From positions 24,056,001-24,120,000 of the forward strand of contig OX597832.1 in NCBI GenBank assembly GCA_951406725.2: a stretch of DNA of 64,000 nucleotides. The letters run 5' to 3'. A model generated the notes under the pieces. That model was not told the origin of the DNA, made no database searches, and was given only the letters and a program-made list of their open reading frames with translations. The DNA comes from Octopus vulgaris (Eukaryota). Each line of letters starts with the position of its first letter. The first letter of the stretch is position 1. Below, one piece after another: positions 1-13,773 of this stretch. The translations under genes and the position numbers were made by a program.

Positions 1-474
1 ATTGCTTAACCCTATTTTTTATATCATTTTGTTACCTTCTTATAGTTGCAATATCTCCACTTTGATCGATGTAAACCCATCCATTCGTGTCTTGCATCTT
101 AATCCTTTGACATTGTCCTCGGTATATTTGGGGGCCCTTGTGGCAAAATATAACAAATCGTTACCGTCGTTAATTAATTATTAGTTCGAATCTCGTCGAG
201 GTTGGTTGGCTGTTGTTTATATCTTTCGTCCGTCCTTCTGGGATTGATTAAAAGTAAAAGTACCAACTAAATACGGATTGTCTAATTACTTTCGACTGAC
301 ATTTACAACACCGCTGCACTCAAAATTGTATCTCTGTCTCTCTCTATTAGAAAATCATTATCACCATTATTTTCGGCTTTTTTTTTTTTTGACATTTATT
401 TTTCACATCGATGAAATAAATTGCCAGCCACGGATACAAGGGCCCGCGATTCGATAGCAAATTCTGTTCATACA

Positions 475-475
<1 letters not shown>

Positions 476-527
<52 letters not shown>

Positions 528-607
528 TGTATGTGTATGTATGTATGTATATGTATGTATATATTTGTATGTATGTATATATTTGTATGTATGTATGTAT
601 ATATATG

Positions 608-694
<87 letters not shown>

Positions 695-733
695 GTATAT
701 ATATGTATATATATGTATGTATGTATATATATG

Positions 734-771
<38 letters not shown>

Positions 772-1037
772 TGTATGTATATATATATGTATGTATATGT
801 ATGTATGTATATATATGTATGTATGTATATATATATGTATGTATATATATATGTATGTATATATATATATGTATGTATATATATATATGTATGTATATGT
901 ATATATATGTATGTATATATATATATGTATGTATATGTATATATATATGTATGTATATATATGTGTATATATATATATGTGTATATATATATATGTGTAT
1001 ATATATATATGTGTATATATATATATATATGTATGTG

Positions 1038-1102
<65 letters not shown>

Positions 1103-1118
1103 ATATATATATATATAT
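476..1118. repeat. Compound (TA)n/(TATG)n microsatellite
   Basis: Sequence is almost entirely TA and TATG units; overlapping YIYI ORFs are artefacts. Confidence 0.97.
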
Positions 1119-1399
1119 GCATGTGCCTGGTTAAAATGATTGTTAGTAATAATATTGAGGTGGGCTGGCTGGTAGAAAGAAAATCGTTTTAAGAGCGTCG
1201 TCGTGGGAAAAAATTGCTTTGCTTTATTTCTTCCCCGTTCTCCATGTTCTGAGTTCGAATCTCACATTTTCAACTTAGCACTTAATCTTCCAGGGTCGTC
1301 GATAATACACAGTACCAGTCACGCACAGGGGGTTGATATAATATCGACTGGCCCCTTCCCCCCGAAAGTTTCAGGCCTGGTGCTTTTAGTAGAAAGAAG

Positions 1400-1433
<34 letters not shown>

Positions 1434-1964
1434 GTACCAGTCTTATACTGGTGTCGGTGATTTCGACTGACTCCCTTCCTTCAAAATTGCTGGTTTCTAA
1501 ATTAAAGACCATTATTATTGTTATTTATTTAGTCTAAGAGCAATTGCATTGCCTTCTCCCCGACCCGGCAATCCGGGTTGATAAACGTTCGTTTATATAT
1601 CTTCAAGCCGGTTTCTCTCTCCATATGTGTTGCTGGTTCCCCGTTGAAAAGCAGGCATGAACACTACAACATCCCATTTCGTTTCACTTTCTTATTCATC
1701 CAAGGTTTAGGGGAGAAGATCAAACAAAATCTCACTTTTTTTTCCCCCAACTTCCTCTCATTTCAAAAAAGACGATTCCACTGTAAAAATGCAGAGCGCG
1801 CGCACAATTGTATACATATCTATATGTATGGATTTTCGTGCGTGTATGTATAGATATATATATATGTGTGTATGTGGGGGGGTATATAAGATATATGTTT
1901 ATATAATATGTATGTGTTGATATATATGTTTATATAGTAACATCATTCATTATCTCACATAGTA

Positions 1965-2180
1965 AAGGCGATGAGTTGGCAGAATCGTTTGGCACGTTGG
2001 GCAATAATGCTTAGCGACATTTCGTCCCGTCTTTACGTTCAGAGTTCAAATCCCGCTGAGGTCGGCTTTGCCTTTCGTCTTTTCAGGGTCGATAAAATAA
2101 CTACCAGTTGTACACTGGAGTTTGATGTTATCAACTCATGTCCTTCCCCCAAATTTGCTGCCCTTGTGGCAAAATTTTAA
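1965..2180 (+). mobile_element. tRNA-derived SINE, family B (older variant)
   Basis: A-box-like TGGCAGAATCG, B-box GAGTTCAAATCC and core GCCTTTCGTCTTTTCAGGGTCGATAAA shared with other family B copies; similar decayed copies near 1155-1400, 10938-11048, 36895-37098, 39335-39530, 58195-58410, 58545-58780. Confidence 0.8.
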
Positions 2181-2288
2181 ACCATTATTTCACATTGTAC
2201 TCATAGGCTTTCATGCTAGCATGGGTTACATCGTCCTAATGCTTTTTTTCTGTGTGTGTGTGTATTTTTGTATTCATGTATGTATGTA

Positions 2289-2329
<41 letters not shown>

Positions 2330-2350
2330 GCATACATGTTTGTGCTTATA

Positions 2351-3204
2351 CAGGGTGTGGTAAATGAATTGTCATCTGAATTACACAAAAATGAAAATAA
2401 CACTGACATCTCATTTTAACAGATACATTTACCAATGTAACATAAAACTATCTTGAAACACTAAAGAATAAATTTATTCAAATTCACCATCGGCTTCAAC
2501 CATGGCCTCCAGACGACTTCAGAATCTCCTGGAACTCTTCTGAACGGTCTCCTTGTTTAAGTTGGTGAATTCTGCCATAATCCTTGCCTTCAGTTCATCT
2601 TTGGTGTTACAGGGGCTTTTGTTGGTCTCTCGCTCAACTGTGCCCCACACATGATAATCTAGGGGTTTGCAGTCTGGGGAGTTAGGCAGTCAGATGTAAG
2701 GGGTGATGTGTTGGTAGAAATTGTCTGACAGTCCTGACTGGGTTCTCCTGCTTGTGTGACATGGTGCAGAGTCCTGTTGCCAGACACAGGGTCTTCCAGC
2801 AGCCACCCCTCTTGACTCAGGGCAGCATTACCTCTTCCACACTACTTGATGTAGGCCTATGTGTTGAGTCTGAGGCTGTGCGGGAAGATGAGTGGAGGCA
2901 TAACGTCGCCATCACCAGTGATCACTCCAAATACCATGATGTTAACTGGATGTTTGATTTTTATCACTCTTGGTACAGGTTCTCAGATTGACACCCAAAC
3001 ACTCTGAAATGTTCATATTGGAGCTTCCGGTGCAAATGCCAAACAGTACAGCATATTTCCAAATTTCTGGCATGATGCTGTTTTTCTCACAGATGGTGCC
3101 CAACTGACCCTACTATACTGTGTAGTTGACAAAATCAAAAACAAACAATGCGCATGCATGGAATTAAAGATATAAAATGGCAACAATTTACCCATCGCAC
3201 CCTA
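2351..3204 (-). mobile_element. Internally deleted Tc1/mariner element of DD37D (maT) type, transposase pseudogene
   Basis: TA then CAGGGTG at left end, CACCCT at right end; manual minus-strand translation gives IMVFGVITGDGDVMPP...VWQQDSAPCHTSRRTQ...PNSPDCKPLDYHVWGTVERETNK...RLEAMVEADG with stops; 37 residues between the last two catalytic Asp. Confidence 0.88.
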
Positions 3205-3219
3205 TGTAGTATATGAATA

Positions 3220-4530
3220 TATGCAGTTTGTCCCGAAAGTGAGCACAACTTTTTTCATTATCTGAAATAGTTTGTTCAAACTGCATATATTGATAGAGTT
3301 ATCCTTCCCTTCTAAAAAGCTACTACTCCACAAACTCTCTTGTAAGCCGTGTATCTGTGCCATTGTCGAACCCTGTTCCCAATCCCTCTTTGAAAGATTC
3401 AGATTTGCAACGTTGTACCCACTGCTTCACAGCTACTTTCACTTTGTCTGTGTCGTCAGATCATTGTCTCTGATGACTGTCCTTCCTTGGACTAAACGAG
3501 TGGAAGTCAGATGGAGTCCAGATCATCATCATCATCATCATCGTTTAGCGTCCGCTTTCCATGCTAGCATGGGTTGGACGTATGACTGAGGTCTGGTGAA
3601 CCAGATGGCTGCACCAGGCTTCAATCTTGATCTGGCAGAGTTTCTATAGCTGGATGCCCTTCCTAATGCCGACCACTCTAAGAGTGCAGTGGGTGATTTT
3701 ACGTGCCAGTCAGGCGGCACTGGCAACGACCTCGCTTGAATCTTTTTACACATGCCACCAGCACAGGTGCCAGTAAGGCGATGTTGGTAATGATCCCGCT
3801 TAAATGGTGTTTTTTACGTGCCACCAGCATCGAGGCCAGAAATGGTGAGTAGGGGATTATGGCCAGTCGAGTTTGCTGATTGCTTGATATGTTGTCAGAT
3901 CTGTGTAGTCCTTGTGAATGTATTGCTTTCAGATTCTTGTTTGGTCTCTTTCCTTGATGGCTTCTCTATGCTTTTTGGATGTCTCAGTGTACCAGTACCA
4001 AGGAAAATGATACCCTCATCATGACTGGCTCTTGAGCTTCTTAAGCCTTGTAGAACATGTGGCACCATTCCATGGACTAAGCCTTTGTTTCTATATCATA
4101 AAGAAACAGCCATTTTCCATCCTATATCACCACTTAGGAAGGAAAAAATCCCCCAAAAAACCTGTCTTCACTCATAAATGCTTTCATCAAATAAGAGCAG
4201 ACTTCCCAAGCTCATGGATTGTGCCTCGTCCACATGCCAGCGATTTGTGTCGGTAGTCATAGTGATGGTCCTCCATTGCATGGTTTGTCTTAAATTCAGC
4301 TTCCTCTTCCTCAAACGTCTTCATACATCTCAGCACATTACTTTTGTCAGTAGAGTTGTCCCTATAAACAGCTTTTGGCTTTCTGTGGATGTTGGCCAGC
4401 CTGCACCATTCCTTTGTCAACTTGGTGACGATACACTACAGTTCTTCTGCAATGGAGAAGAACAGGAAGAGTTATTATACCAAAGATTTATGCCCACTTT
4501 TGCACTATTTTCAGGACAACATTCCTGTAT
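3220..4530 (-). mobile_element. Decayed mariner (DD34D-type) transposon interrupted by a SINE
   Basis: N-terminal HTH remnant ANIHRKPKAVYRDNSTDKSNVLR at 4187-4420; PYSP-x-L...PSDFH motif split by the SINE at 3523-3835; C-terminal DKVKVAVKQWVQ...FKEG; degenerate TIRs TTGTCCCGAAA and TTTCAGGACAA. Confidence 0.8.
3523..3835 (-). mobile_element. SINE-like family C, (GAT)n tail
   Basis: (CAT)n then CGTTTAGCGTCCGCTTTCCATGCTAGCATGGGTTGGACG...GCTGGATGCCCTTCCTAA; same family at 4605-4760, 5266-5506, 22441-22492, 36508-36775 on minus. Confidence 0.9.
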
Positions 4531-5734
4531 GTGTGTGTGTATAATATTTTGTTTATATATACCTATGTATAACTATGTACACATGTATGTATAACTGTAT
4601 GTACATCATCATCATCATCATCATCATCATCGTTTAGCGTCCGCTTTCCATGCTAGCATGGGTTGGACGGGTCAACTGGGGTCTGTGAAGCTGGAAGGCT
4701 TCGTCAGGCCCAGTCAGATCTGGCAGTGTTTCTACGGCTGGATGCCCTTCCTAACGCCAACGTACATATGTACGTATAACTGTATATGCACATGTATGTA
4801 TAACTGTATGTGCACATGTACGTATAACTATGTACATATGTATGTATAACTGTATGTACATATGTATGTATAATAACTATGTGCATATGTATATGCATAT
4901 GTCTGTTTCACTGTATATGTATATGCATAATAATATGTATAACTGTGTGTATATGTAAATGCATGTATGTGTGTCTATATAAATAGATGTATATGTAAAT
5001 GCATCTATACATACTGCTCTTAAAATTGCTTCTAATTTTCTGAGAAAGCAATATCTGATTACAGAGAACTACACGAAGCACCATAAACCAACTTCACTGA
5101 GGATACCGAAGAATTGGTCATGGTTGAGTATATTGCATAGATATTGTACTCACCTTAGTGAAAAGGACTTCAAAACTAATATTTGGTCCTCTCCATTCTA
5201 GAGATGGATCTACTGCTGAAAAGGTTGATGGTGTATTTTGCAGATCTGTTTTTCACAATCCATCAACATCATCATCATCATCGTTTAACGTCTGTTTTCC
5301 ATGCTAGCATGGGTTCTACGGTTCGACTGGGGTCTGAAAAGCCAGGAGGCCGCACGAGGTCCAGTCTGATCTGGCAGTGTTTCTACAGCTGGATGCCCTT
5401 CCTAACACCAACCACTCCCTGAGTGTAGTGGGTGCTTTTTACGTGCCACTGGCACAGGTGCCAGGCAAGGCTGGCAGTGGCCACGATCGATTAGTGCTTT
5501 TTACGTGATGAGAATTCATAGAAGACTTGCTGCAGCCAGGAAAAGCTCCATAGAGCCAGCGATGTACCAGCTGTGATTGCCAAGCTTGGTGTAATGGCTG
5601 ATCTTGCCACCACCATAATTGTCAATGAAGGCAATGGTTCACCAGTTCCACTAGGTTGGTGACACACTACACTGACTTCACTGTACAAGGGAGAAGGTGT
5701 CAAGCTCAACTGTGTTAACTGGTAGAAACGTTAG

Positions 5735-6128
5735 CACGCCGGGCGAAATGCTTTGCAATACTTCGGCCGTCGCTGCATTCTGAGTTCAAATTCCGCCGAG
5801 ATCGACTTTGCCTTTCATCCTTTCGGGGGTCGATAAATTAAGTACCAGTTATGCACTGGGTCGATGTACTCGACTTAATCCGTTTGTCTGTCCTTGTTTG
5901 TCCTCTCTGTATTTAGCCCCTTGTGGGTAGTAAAGAAATAGGTATTTCGTCTGTCTTTACGTTCTGAGTTCAAATTCCCTCGCGGTCATCTTTGCCTTTC
6001 ATCCTTTCGGGGTCGATAAATTAACTACCAGTTACACACTGGGGTCGATGTAATCAACTTAATCCATTTGTCTGTCCTTGTTTGTCCCCTCTGTGTTTAG
6101 CCCCTTGTTGGTAGTAAAGAAATATGTA
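5735..6128 (+). mobile_element. SINE family B dimer
   Basis: One head plus two ~185 bp bodies joined at AAAGAAATAGGTATTTCGTCTG (near 5940). Confidence 0.9.
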
Positions 6129-6400
6129 TTTCTTTGCTTGTAACTGTCGGTAAGATATTCACTAGGTTTTTCGTGAATTGGCAGTAGACCTATGTATGCT
6201 CCATCATCGTTGCCCCAGTGCCTCAGCATGGATTTAGATTGGGGGGGGGGGCACTACAGATATGATCCTTAGTATCAGACAGTTGCGAAAGAATTTGTTA
6301 CAGTCTAGGCTTCCCTTTTACCTTTTTTTTCTTTTTTCTTTTGGCATGAGCCGGATAGTTTGACAAGATCCAATGAACTGCAAGACTGCATCAAGCTCCA

Positions 6401-6644
6401 CTCTCTCTTTACTCTCTTTTTTACTTGTTTCAGTCATTTTGACTGTGGCCATACTGGAGCAACGCCTTTAGTCGAGCAAATCGACCCCAGGACTTATTCT
6501 TTGTAAGCCTAGTACTTATTCTATCGGTTCTTTTGCTGAACCGCTAAGTTACGGGAATGTAAACACACCAGCATTGATTGTCAAGCGATGTTGGGGGAAG
6601 AAACACAGACACACAAACATACACACACATACATACATACATGC

Positions 6645-6705
<61 letters not shown>

Positions 6706-6860
6706 CGATGGGCTTCTTTCAGTTTCCGTCTACCAAATCCACTCACAAGGCTTTGGTCAGCCCGAAACTATAGTAGAAGACACGTGCCCAAGGTGCCACG
6801 CAGTGGGACTGAACCCGGAACCGTGTGGTTCATAAGCAAGCTACTTACCACACAGCCACT
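6401..6860 (-). mobile_element. tRNA-derived SINE, family A, near full length
   Basis: On minus: A-box TGGCTGTGTGG, B-box GGTTCAGTCCC, core GGATTTGGTAGACGGAAACTGAAAGAAGCCC, internal TA/TG microsatellite, tail CAGTCAAAATGACTGAAACAAGTAAAA. Confidence 0.92.
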
Positions 6861-7092
6861 TTAGCATGGTTTCTATGGCCAGTTTCCCTTTCTAATGCCA
6901 ACCACTTTACACTGTGCACTGGATGCTTTTATCATGTTATTGGCACTAGTGAGGTCACCAAGTGACTTGCAGGACCAGAAAAAAAAAAGAAAAATTGTTT
7001 GGTTAAGTAGGGAGGGGGGTATTTGAGAAGGGAGATATGTCTTTATGCCAAGTGTTTTGATACCAAAGTATGATAGAGGATCGCATGCAGGT

Positions 7093-7329
7093 ATATTTAT
7101 TTCTTTACTACCCACAAGGGGCTAAACATAGAGGGGACAAACAAGGATAGACAAAGGGATCAAGTCAATTACATCGACCCCAGTGCATAACTGGAACTTA
7201 ATTTATCGACCCCGAAAGGATGAAGGGCAAAGTTGACCTCGGCGGAATTTGAACTCACAACGTAACGGCAGACGAAATACCACTAAGCATTTCACCTGGC
7301 GTGCTAATGTTTCTGCCAGCTCACCGGCT
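7093..7329 (-). mobile_element. SINE family B monomer with TSD
   Basis: Flanked by ATCGCATGCAGGT (7080-7092) and ATCACATGCAGGT (7330-7342). Confidence 0.9.
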
Positions 7330-8344
7330 ATCACATGCAGGTGTATTGTTATAGAGGAGATACATGACTAACCCACAGCATGTGGGAGTAAGTGGGAAGA
7401 AGATAAATTTGGTGGGGCGGGGGTAGGCATCGGAGAAAACTCTTAAGGTACAATAAGGCGAGTACAAGTGAGAATGTGGACAGTAGATTGGGGGTAGGGG
7501 TTAGGGGAGTATTTCACAAGTGGGTGAGAGGAATGTAGTTAAATTCTGTCATGAATAGATATGGAGAATCTTGAGAAAGTTGGGGTGGCCACTTAAGTCT
7601 GTTGATTTGTTTGTCTTACTGCACATTGGTATGGAGGCCTACTTCAGCTCAAATAGCACTTGGTAGAATCTGGTTCCAGTGGTCCAGAAGGATGTACTTG
7701 CGCCGGCTTTGTTTTCCATATCCTTTTTGCTAATGGTGATTGCTCATGCATTTTTAAGGGCTCCAATCTAGACATCTTTGTCCCACTATCACACACAACA
7801 CATAAACGATTTAAACTGGCTGCATCTGGCCCGAGTATTTTATCAGTTTTATGTTGAAACTGGCTATCTTTGCCCTCTCACACTTGCCCTACAATGTCAT
7901 CTCTATACATATAAACGGCAAAATGTCTGTGTGTGTGTGTGTGCATGTCCTTTATACACATCCACAATTTTTTAGTTAGAGGGCTCGCACTTTCTATGGT
8001 CATTCAAAACCGTCCAAGGGTGGTCGTGCACATCTTTACATTTCCCCAGTCACCTCGCAAAGCCATTAAAATAATCAATAGAAGCGACTTTTTTGTGAAT
8101 TTTCTATCCAAAACCCAATCAAATTGCCCGAAACTTGATACGCTAATTGAATGCCAGCTAGCTGTATGTGATTGGACAGTACTCACGTGTTTGTGCGCAC
8201 GCACACAGCTGTATATGCATGCACTAGCACTATGTACCGGCGTTGCCGGGTCATAGTGCTAGTTCTAAAAATAAACTGATGTTGCCGCCACTGGCACAGG
8301 TATCACAACTACAATTTCTATTTGACAATTTTCAAAAAATGAAA

Positions 8345-8672
8345 TGGAAATTGTAGTTGTGATACCTGTGCTGGTGGCATGTAAAATGCACCATCCGAAT
8401 GTGGCCGATACCAGCACCGCCTTGACTGGCTTCCATGCCAGTGGCATGTAAAAAGCACCAACCAGTTGTGTCCGTTGCCAGCCTCGCCTGGCACGTAAAA
8501 AGCACCTGCTACACTCATTGAGTGGTTCGCGTCAGGAAGGGCATCCAGCTGTAGAAACTCTGCCAGATCAGACTGGAGCTTGGTGCAGCCTCCTGGCTTC
8601 CCAGACCCCGGTCGAACTGTCCAACCCATGCTAGCATGGAAAACGGATGATAAACGATGATGATGATCATCA
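8345..8672 (+). mobile_element. SINE-like family C
   Basis: GGCACGTAAAAAGCACC repeats, GCGTCAGGAAGGGCATCCAGCTG, CCAACCCATGCTAGCATGG, (GAT)n tail. Confidence 0.88.
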
Positions 8673-8917
8673 TCAAAATACTCAAGCTGCGAGATATTCT
8701 ATGATTAAGACAAAACAAGGTGTACAAATAAGCATTATGTTTGACAGAGTTACCTAAATGTTGATGGGTTGATTTCAAGTCTAAATCAAGTACTTTTATA
8801 ATTCTTGTTTACAATTTGTTGTATGTTGATGATTGTATTCTTGTGGCTCATTCAAAATGAGTCATTCAGAAAATTATGAACCTGTCCTCTAATGCCTCTA
8901 CTGTTTTGAACGTGCAA

Positions 8918-9352
8918 TCATCATCATCATCATCATCGTTTAACGTCCGCTTTCCATGCTAGCATGGGTTGGACGATTTTGACTGAGGGCTGGCAAACCA
9001 GATGGCTGCACCGGGCTCCAATCTTGATCTGGCAGAGTTTCTACAGCTGGATGCCCTTCCTAACGCCAACCACTCCGTGAGTGTAGTGGGTGCTTTTTAC
9101 GTACCACCGGCATGGGGGCCAGTCAGGCGGTACTGGCAATGACCTCGCTTGAATCTTTATACACATGTCACCAGCACAGGTGCCAGTAAGGCGACATTGG
9201 TGACTATCACACCCAAATGGTGCCCTTTTTACGTGCCACCGGCACGGAAGCCAGTTGGCTGCTCTGGCAACGATCACACTCGAATGGTGCTCTTGGCACC
9301 CTACTAGCACAGGCACAAGTGCCAGTAAGGCGACGCTGGTAATGATCACACT
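8918..9352 (-). mobile_element. SINE-like family C
   Basis: (CAT)n tail and family core, with degenerate tandem 5' units. Confidence 0.88.
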
Positions 9353-9627
9353 AACGATAATTCTAAAGAAAACTAAGATGATGCTTACATCTGCTCGAGA
9401 ATGGACATGGATGGACTTGATGTGGTAGATTCTTTTATATATCTTGACATCTCTGTCTGCAGGGATAGATCCCTAAATTCCAAAATCAACTTTAGGATTG
9501 AGAAGGCTTCAGTTATATCTGGGCCACTGGAGGAATGAGTCTAGACTTGAAACCACCTATCGAACTTTGCCTCTATAAGGCTTACATCATCGCATTTGAG
9601 GAAATGTTTTCATTTAAATCACTTCAA

Positions 9628-9850
9628 CCCTTTTATCATTCACATTATTCTGTCAAAGGTAATGTTTATTTATCCACATTGTTTTGAATTAATCATGCAT
9701 TATCTTGTAGCTGTGAGATTTTAATGAGGTAACAATTAATCTTTTTAGAATGACATTCTAGAGTAGGTGAGAGAAACCAGATCTGGCCAGTTTAAACATA
9801 AAACAGGAAGAATATTTGGGCCGGGTATGGCCAGTTTAAATGCTAAAGGG
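9628..9850. mobile_element. piggyBac-type MITE, family 1
   Basis: CCCTTT...TGCTAAAGGG followed by TTAA; homologous to 39545-40266 and to fragments near 45960-46700 and 52217-52665. Confidence 0.7.
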
Positions 9851-10675
9851 TTAAAACAGGAAGTTTTTATCGTAGGACCAAGGGTAGTCTCAGGTGGGTT
9901 GGTATCAAAATGGTTAAATGTTGGATGTTGAGGTACTCCATGGCCGAGGGTCCATAGGCAATACACTTTCAGAAGCCAGTTGTCTCATTGATGAAAGGTG
10001 ACATATTGGGAGGAATCTAGGACATTTACCCCTATGGGCAATAACCCCCTGAGGACAACAGATGATTTAAAACTTCTTAATATATTTGAGAGCTGGGGGG
10101 AATTGTCCTGATACAATTGGGAGAGCAATGTGGAGTGCTTATATGTATAAAGCTCTGGCAACTCTACTAATGCAGTCCAAAAAAAAAGGGCTGCACTTTT
10201 TGTGTCTAAAGGTGTGTGCTTGTCCTCTGTCCACTGAAAATCCAGTTTGGATGAATGTATAAGGGCTGAGTTTATTGTTTATTGTGCTGCATTTGTTACA
10301 AAAAACTTCCAGAACAAAATCAGGGCTAAGTAGTCATCTTGGTAGAAATGTAATCAATCTTGTTATAGGTATATGTTGCAGTATAACAGTGGTTATGCTT
10401 GCGATCTAGTTGACAACCACCATACATATATAGTACAACCACTGTACTATAAATGTGCACACACACACACAAGCACTGCTCAGGGAAGAACCACCTATAG
10501 CTGCATCTGATACGCAGTCTCAGCATCACATGTTCAGTTGCAGTTCGAGCCGGAGTTTTAGTGGTGAACTAAACAGAACACTCATAGTACATACCTGTTA
10601 CTGTAAGTCAGTTGACAAAAACTCCTTATATATTCTCTATATCTACACACACATATATGTATGTATACATGCATA

Positions 10676-10721
<46 letters not shown>

Positions 10722-10724
<3 letters not shown>

Positions 10725-10918
10725 TTGATGCCAGGGCCGCCTGACTGACTCCTGTGCACCCACTACACACTTGGAGTGGTTGGCGTCAGGAAGGGCATCC
10801 AGCTGTAGAAACACTGCTGGATCATATTGGAACCTGGTGCAGCTGTTGGCTTCTCAGACCTCAGTCAAACCGTCCAACTCATGCCAGCCTGGAAAGCGGA
10901 CATTAAACGATGATGATG
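10722..10918 (+). mobile_element. SINE-like family C, 5' truncated
   Basis: Family core and (GAT)n tail. Confidence 0.8.
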
Positions 10919-11074
10919 TGTGTGTGTGTAGATATAATAAGGTGGTGAGGTGGCAGAATCGTTAGCACACTGGGCGAAATGCTTAACAGTGTTTCGTTTG
11001 TTTTCATGTTCTGAGTTCAAATTTCGCTGAGGTTGACTTTGCCTTTTATTCAATATATATATATAGAGAGAGAG

Positions 11075-11151
11075 AGTAATCCCTCGCCATATCGCAGTTC
11101 ACCTATCACGAGGTTTTGGAACATAACACCTGTGATAGTCGAGGGATTACT
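11075..11151. mobile_element. Tiny pogo/Tigger-type MITE
   Basis: TIRs AGTAATCCCTCG and CGAGGGATTACT inside TA-rich DNA. Confidence 0.65.
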
Positions 11152-11154
11152 ATA

Positions 11155-11207
<53 letters not shown>

Positions 11208-11884
11208 GTGTCTGTGTGTGTATACGATAGGTTTCTTTCAGTTTTCATCTATCAAATCTACTCACAAACCTTTGGTTGTCCTGGTACTTTAGTAGAATAC
11301 ACAGGCCAAAAGTGTACAATGTCTGGTGACCATGTGGTATCGATATCTGTCAGTCATTCATTCCCTCCATTTATCCGAACCCCTTGCCATCCGTTGTGCT
11401 CTCATCCCTATTCTCCCTAGTGCCAATACCATGATAAAATGTCCCTTGTACACTTTGTAAAATGGTTGGCATTAGGAAAGGTATCCAGCTGGGGGGAAAA
11501 AATGCCGGGCCGAAAATGAAACTTATGAATGTGAAGAGGTTGTTCAATCTATCTAGGGGAGCAGCAATGACCTATCCAACCCATGCTGACATGGAAAGTG
11601 AACGTAAACCACCGATGATGTGTACATATGGAAATACACACATACACAAACTATATCTGTAGTAAGCATGGGAAAACGAACCTTGAATTGATTACACATA
11701 CGTATGTATGTTATTATTCAGTTTATTTCAAGATTTCTTGCCAATAAAAACAGAAGTGTGTGTGTGGGTGTATATATGTATGCATGTGTGTGTGTGTACT
11801 CCCCACCTTACTAATTCGACATTATTATTTTCCTCCACTGTTACGTCTGCGACCACGCTGCAAAGATTATAAAGTTTGTTTCCT

Positions 11885-12095
11885 AAGAACCCCACAATAG
11901 AATCTCGAAGACCTGCTAGACACAGGAACCAAACTCCCGCAAATTTTATTCTAGCATCTTAAAGAGAAATGAATCACAACACTCGAATATATATCCCTAA
12001 ATATTGTTATATCTTGGAGGAGGGGCGTCACGGTCGTATCGCATGAAGTCTGCTAGACCAGAGCTGACTTCGGGTTACTATAGATAAATAAACAA
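11885..12095. repeat. Old ~220 bp interspersed repeat, family E
   Basis: Shared motifs GACCTGCTAGA(A)ATAGCAGC and GTCTGCT...CAGAGCTGAC; related copies near 15905-16305, 23630-23895, 25260-25530, 38760-38965, 47150-47190, 63770-63830. Confidence 0.65.
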
Positions 12096-12313
12096 CGTGG
12101 CTTGGATAATTTTGTTGATGCTTCAAGGAAAACGAAAGGCCGTAGAGATGCTGCTGTGAGTTGATTGTTAAGAGCTTTAGACGAGGAATACTCAAAATAA
12201 ACGAGGTGAAAAGACAGGTGGCAATAATTCAGCGAAGCGTGAAATTAAAATGAAATCCTTCTTTTCAACGCCTTTGCTTATTGATAATATTGTAATTTCA
12301 TTTGTAAGGGGAA

Positions 12314-12353
<40 letters not shown>

Positions 12354-12579
12354 ATAGCTATTTCAGGACTGAAGGGGGATATTTTTAAACGTATATTGTC
12401 GATCGCTAAAGTAAATGAAAACCATTCATGCGTAAAACGCGGATCCTCTCATGCATGTGTGTATCTGTCTATATCTGTCTGTCTGTGTGATGTTATTGGG
12501 TTTCTGTTTTAATGTGTTTAATATTATCTGTTGGTCGTAAATTTTCGTTTTAGCAGTTTGCTGTTAAAAGTACATATTG

Positions 12580-12745
12580 TGTGTGCGCGCGGAAATACAC
12601 GCGTACGGCGCCAGCGCGCGCGCGCGAACGAAAGCGGTTGACAGCGACTTCGAAGTCTCGGTCCGTTTGCTTTCCGTCTGTCAGTCAGGCGAAGTCACTA
12701 TCAACCTTGTAAAAGAAATTGTGTTAATCTGCTTAAGGTATTTGA
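12580..12745 (+). promoter_or_regulatory. CpG-rich promoter-like segment with possible first-exon donor
   Basis: Dense CpG including a (CG)n run in an otherwise AT-rich context, non-repetitive sequence, AAG|GTATTT near 12737. Confidence 0.4.
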
Positions 12746-12778
12746 GCGATCCGTTAGTTAATGGTTTGACTGGCCATA

Positions 12779-13773
<995 letters not shown>

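Larger units (their letters stand above)
5040..10240 (+). pseudogene. Ancient fragmented RTE-clade LINE reverse transcriptase
   Basis: Collinear decayed motifs between younger inserts: GKAP...LTSLYKGEG (5550-5700), SLLVTVGKIFTR and QHGFR...TTDMILSIRQL (6130-6290), WRILRKLG (7560), APALFSI (7700), LLYVDDCILVAHS, the YADD-equivalent (8815-8860), LTIILKKTK and VVDSFIYL (9350-9450). Confidence 0.8.

Noticed and set aside
403-1192. 200+ aa YIYI/MYVC ORFs here and at 12.8-15 kb, 24.4 kb, 30 kb, 43.3 kb, 61.3 kb
   Set aside because: Stop-free translations of TA/TG microsatellites, open in several frames at once
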